Source of the DNA: an uncultured Verrucomicrobiae bacterium
Lineage (GTDB): Bacteria; Verrucomicrobiota; Verrucomicrobiia; Chthoniobacterales; UBA10450
Assembly: GCA_963801255.1 (NCBI GenBank)
Contig: CAWDEC010000006.1
Location: 650,898 to 714,897, forward strand
Reading direction: 5' to 3'
DNA: 64,000 nt
Shown in pieces: positions 63,799 to 64,000 of the stretch. The translations under genes were made by a program, and so were the position numbers. Each line of letters begins with the position of its first letter. The first letter of the stretch is position 1. The notes under the pieces were generated by a model. The model worked only from the letters and a program-made list of their open reading frames with translations, was not told the origin of the DNA and made no database searches.

Positions 63799-64000
63799 AT
63801 GAGTCTCGACCTAAACAGCCTGCTAAAAGACTGGCCCCATGAACCCGGTGCGATCAAAGTCCGCAAAGTCCCCGGTCTTGACGGCCGAGAAAAGTTACAG
63901 CTCCGGATCGATCTCGGTCTGCTCCAGATGGAGATGGAAGGCCGGCCTGATGGTCAGCGCCCCCACAACTGTGAGTCCTGTCTTGTCTACCATCAACGTC
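63799..64000 (+). CDS. hypothetical protein, N-terminal part only (runs off the right edge)
   Basis: Hand translation from ATG 63799 gives MSLDLNSLLKDWPHEPGAIKVRKVPGLDGREKLQLRIDLGLLQMEMEGRPDGQRPHNCESCLVYHQR... It is open to the window end. Confidence 0.4.
   Translation, partial: MSLDLNSLLKDWPHEPGAIKVRKVPGLDGREKLQLRIDLGLLQMEMEGRPDGQRPHNCESCLVYHQR

Overview
This is a gene-dense bacterial chromosomal window of moderately high GC (by eye, high 50s %). It carries about 55 protein genes on both strands and one tRNA. I found no CRISPR array, transposase or prophage. Taxonomic origin cannot be determined from the sequence alone.

Gene content, left to right:
- tdh, a VOC protein, and a secreted PQQ-dependent sugar-dehydrogenase-like protein with a Pro/Thr linker.
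- The conserved cdsA-dxr-rseP-ispG block.
- A large S8 peptidase, then typA.
- A compact selenocysteine island: a SelW-like CxxU selenoprotein, tRNA-Sec, selD (itself UGA-recoded), selA and selB. It converges on a three-subunit formate dehydrogenase whose catalytic subunit is UGA-recoded with a textbook SECIS hairpin. An OFA-family MFS transporter with a 41-aa small subunit lies divergent from the dehydrogenase.
- A porin, carB, NUDIX, SufE-like, rhodanese, and an orphan Xre/ParS-type antitoxin.
- An HMA protein, a VOC protein, aguA, a DEAD/DEAH helicase, a 3D-domain lipoprotein, kbl, metF and surE.
- An 11-kb co-directional cluster: a polytopic patatin-like phospholipase, three paralogous di-haem CCP/MauG-like cytochromes (two with frame disruptions), three unknown ORFs and a thioredoxin-reductase-like flavoprotein.
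- An M29 aminopeptidase, a YbdK-type ligase, a lone nuoA, a DUF3352-like protein, a FIST protein and a XerC/D recombinase.

The most unusual signal is not a gene. The non-palindromic core CCTAACGA / TCGTTAGG (extended consensus TGCCTAACGA) occurs at least 68 times by hand count. That is 40 on the + strand and 28 on the - strand, against about 2 expected from base composition, plus at least 20 one-mismatch variants.
- It sits mostly inside genes, in all reading frames, and uses rare codons.
- It often supplies stop codons.
- It forms inverted pairs at gene 3' ends.
- It is nearly absent from two secreted-protein genes.

This resembles a DNA-uptake-sequence-like or other genome-wide DNA-level signal. 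All counts and coordinates are hand-derived and may be off by a few nucleotides.
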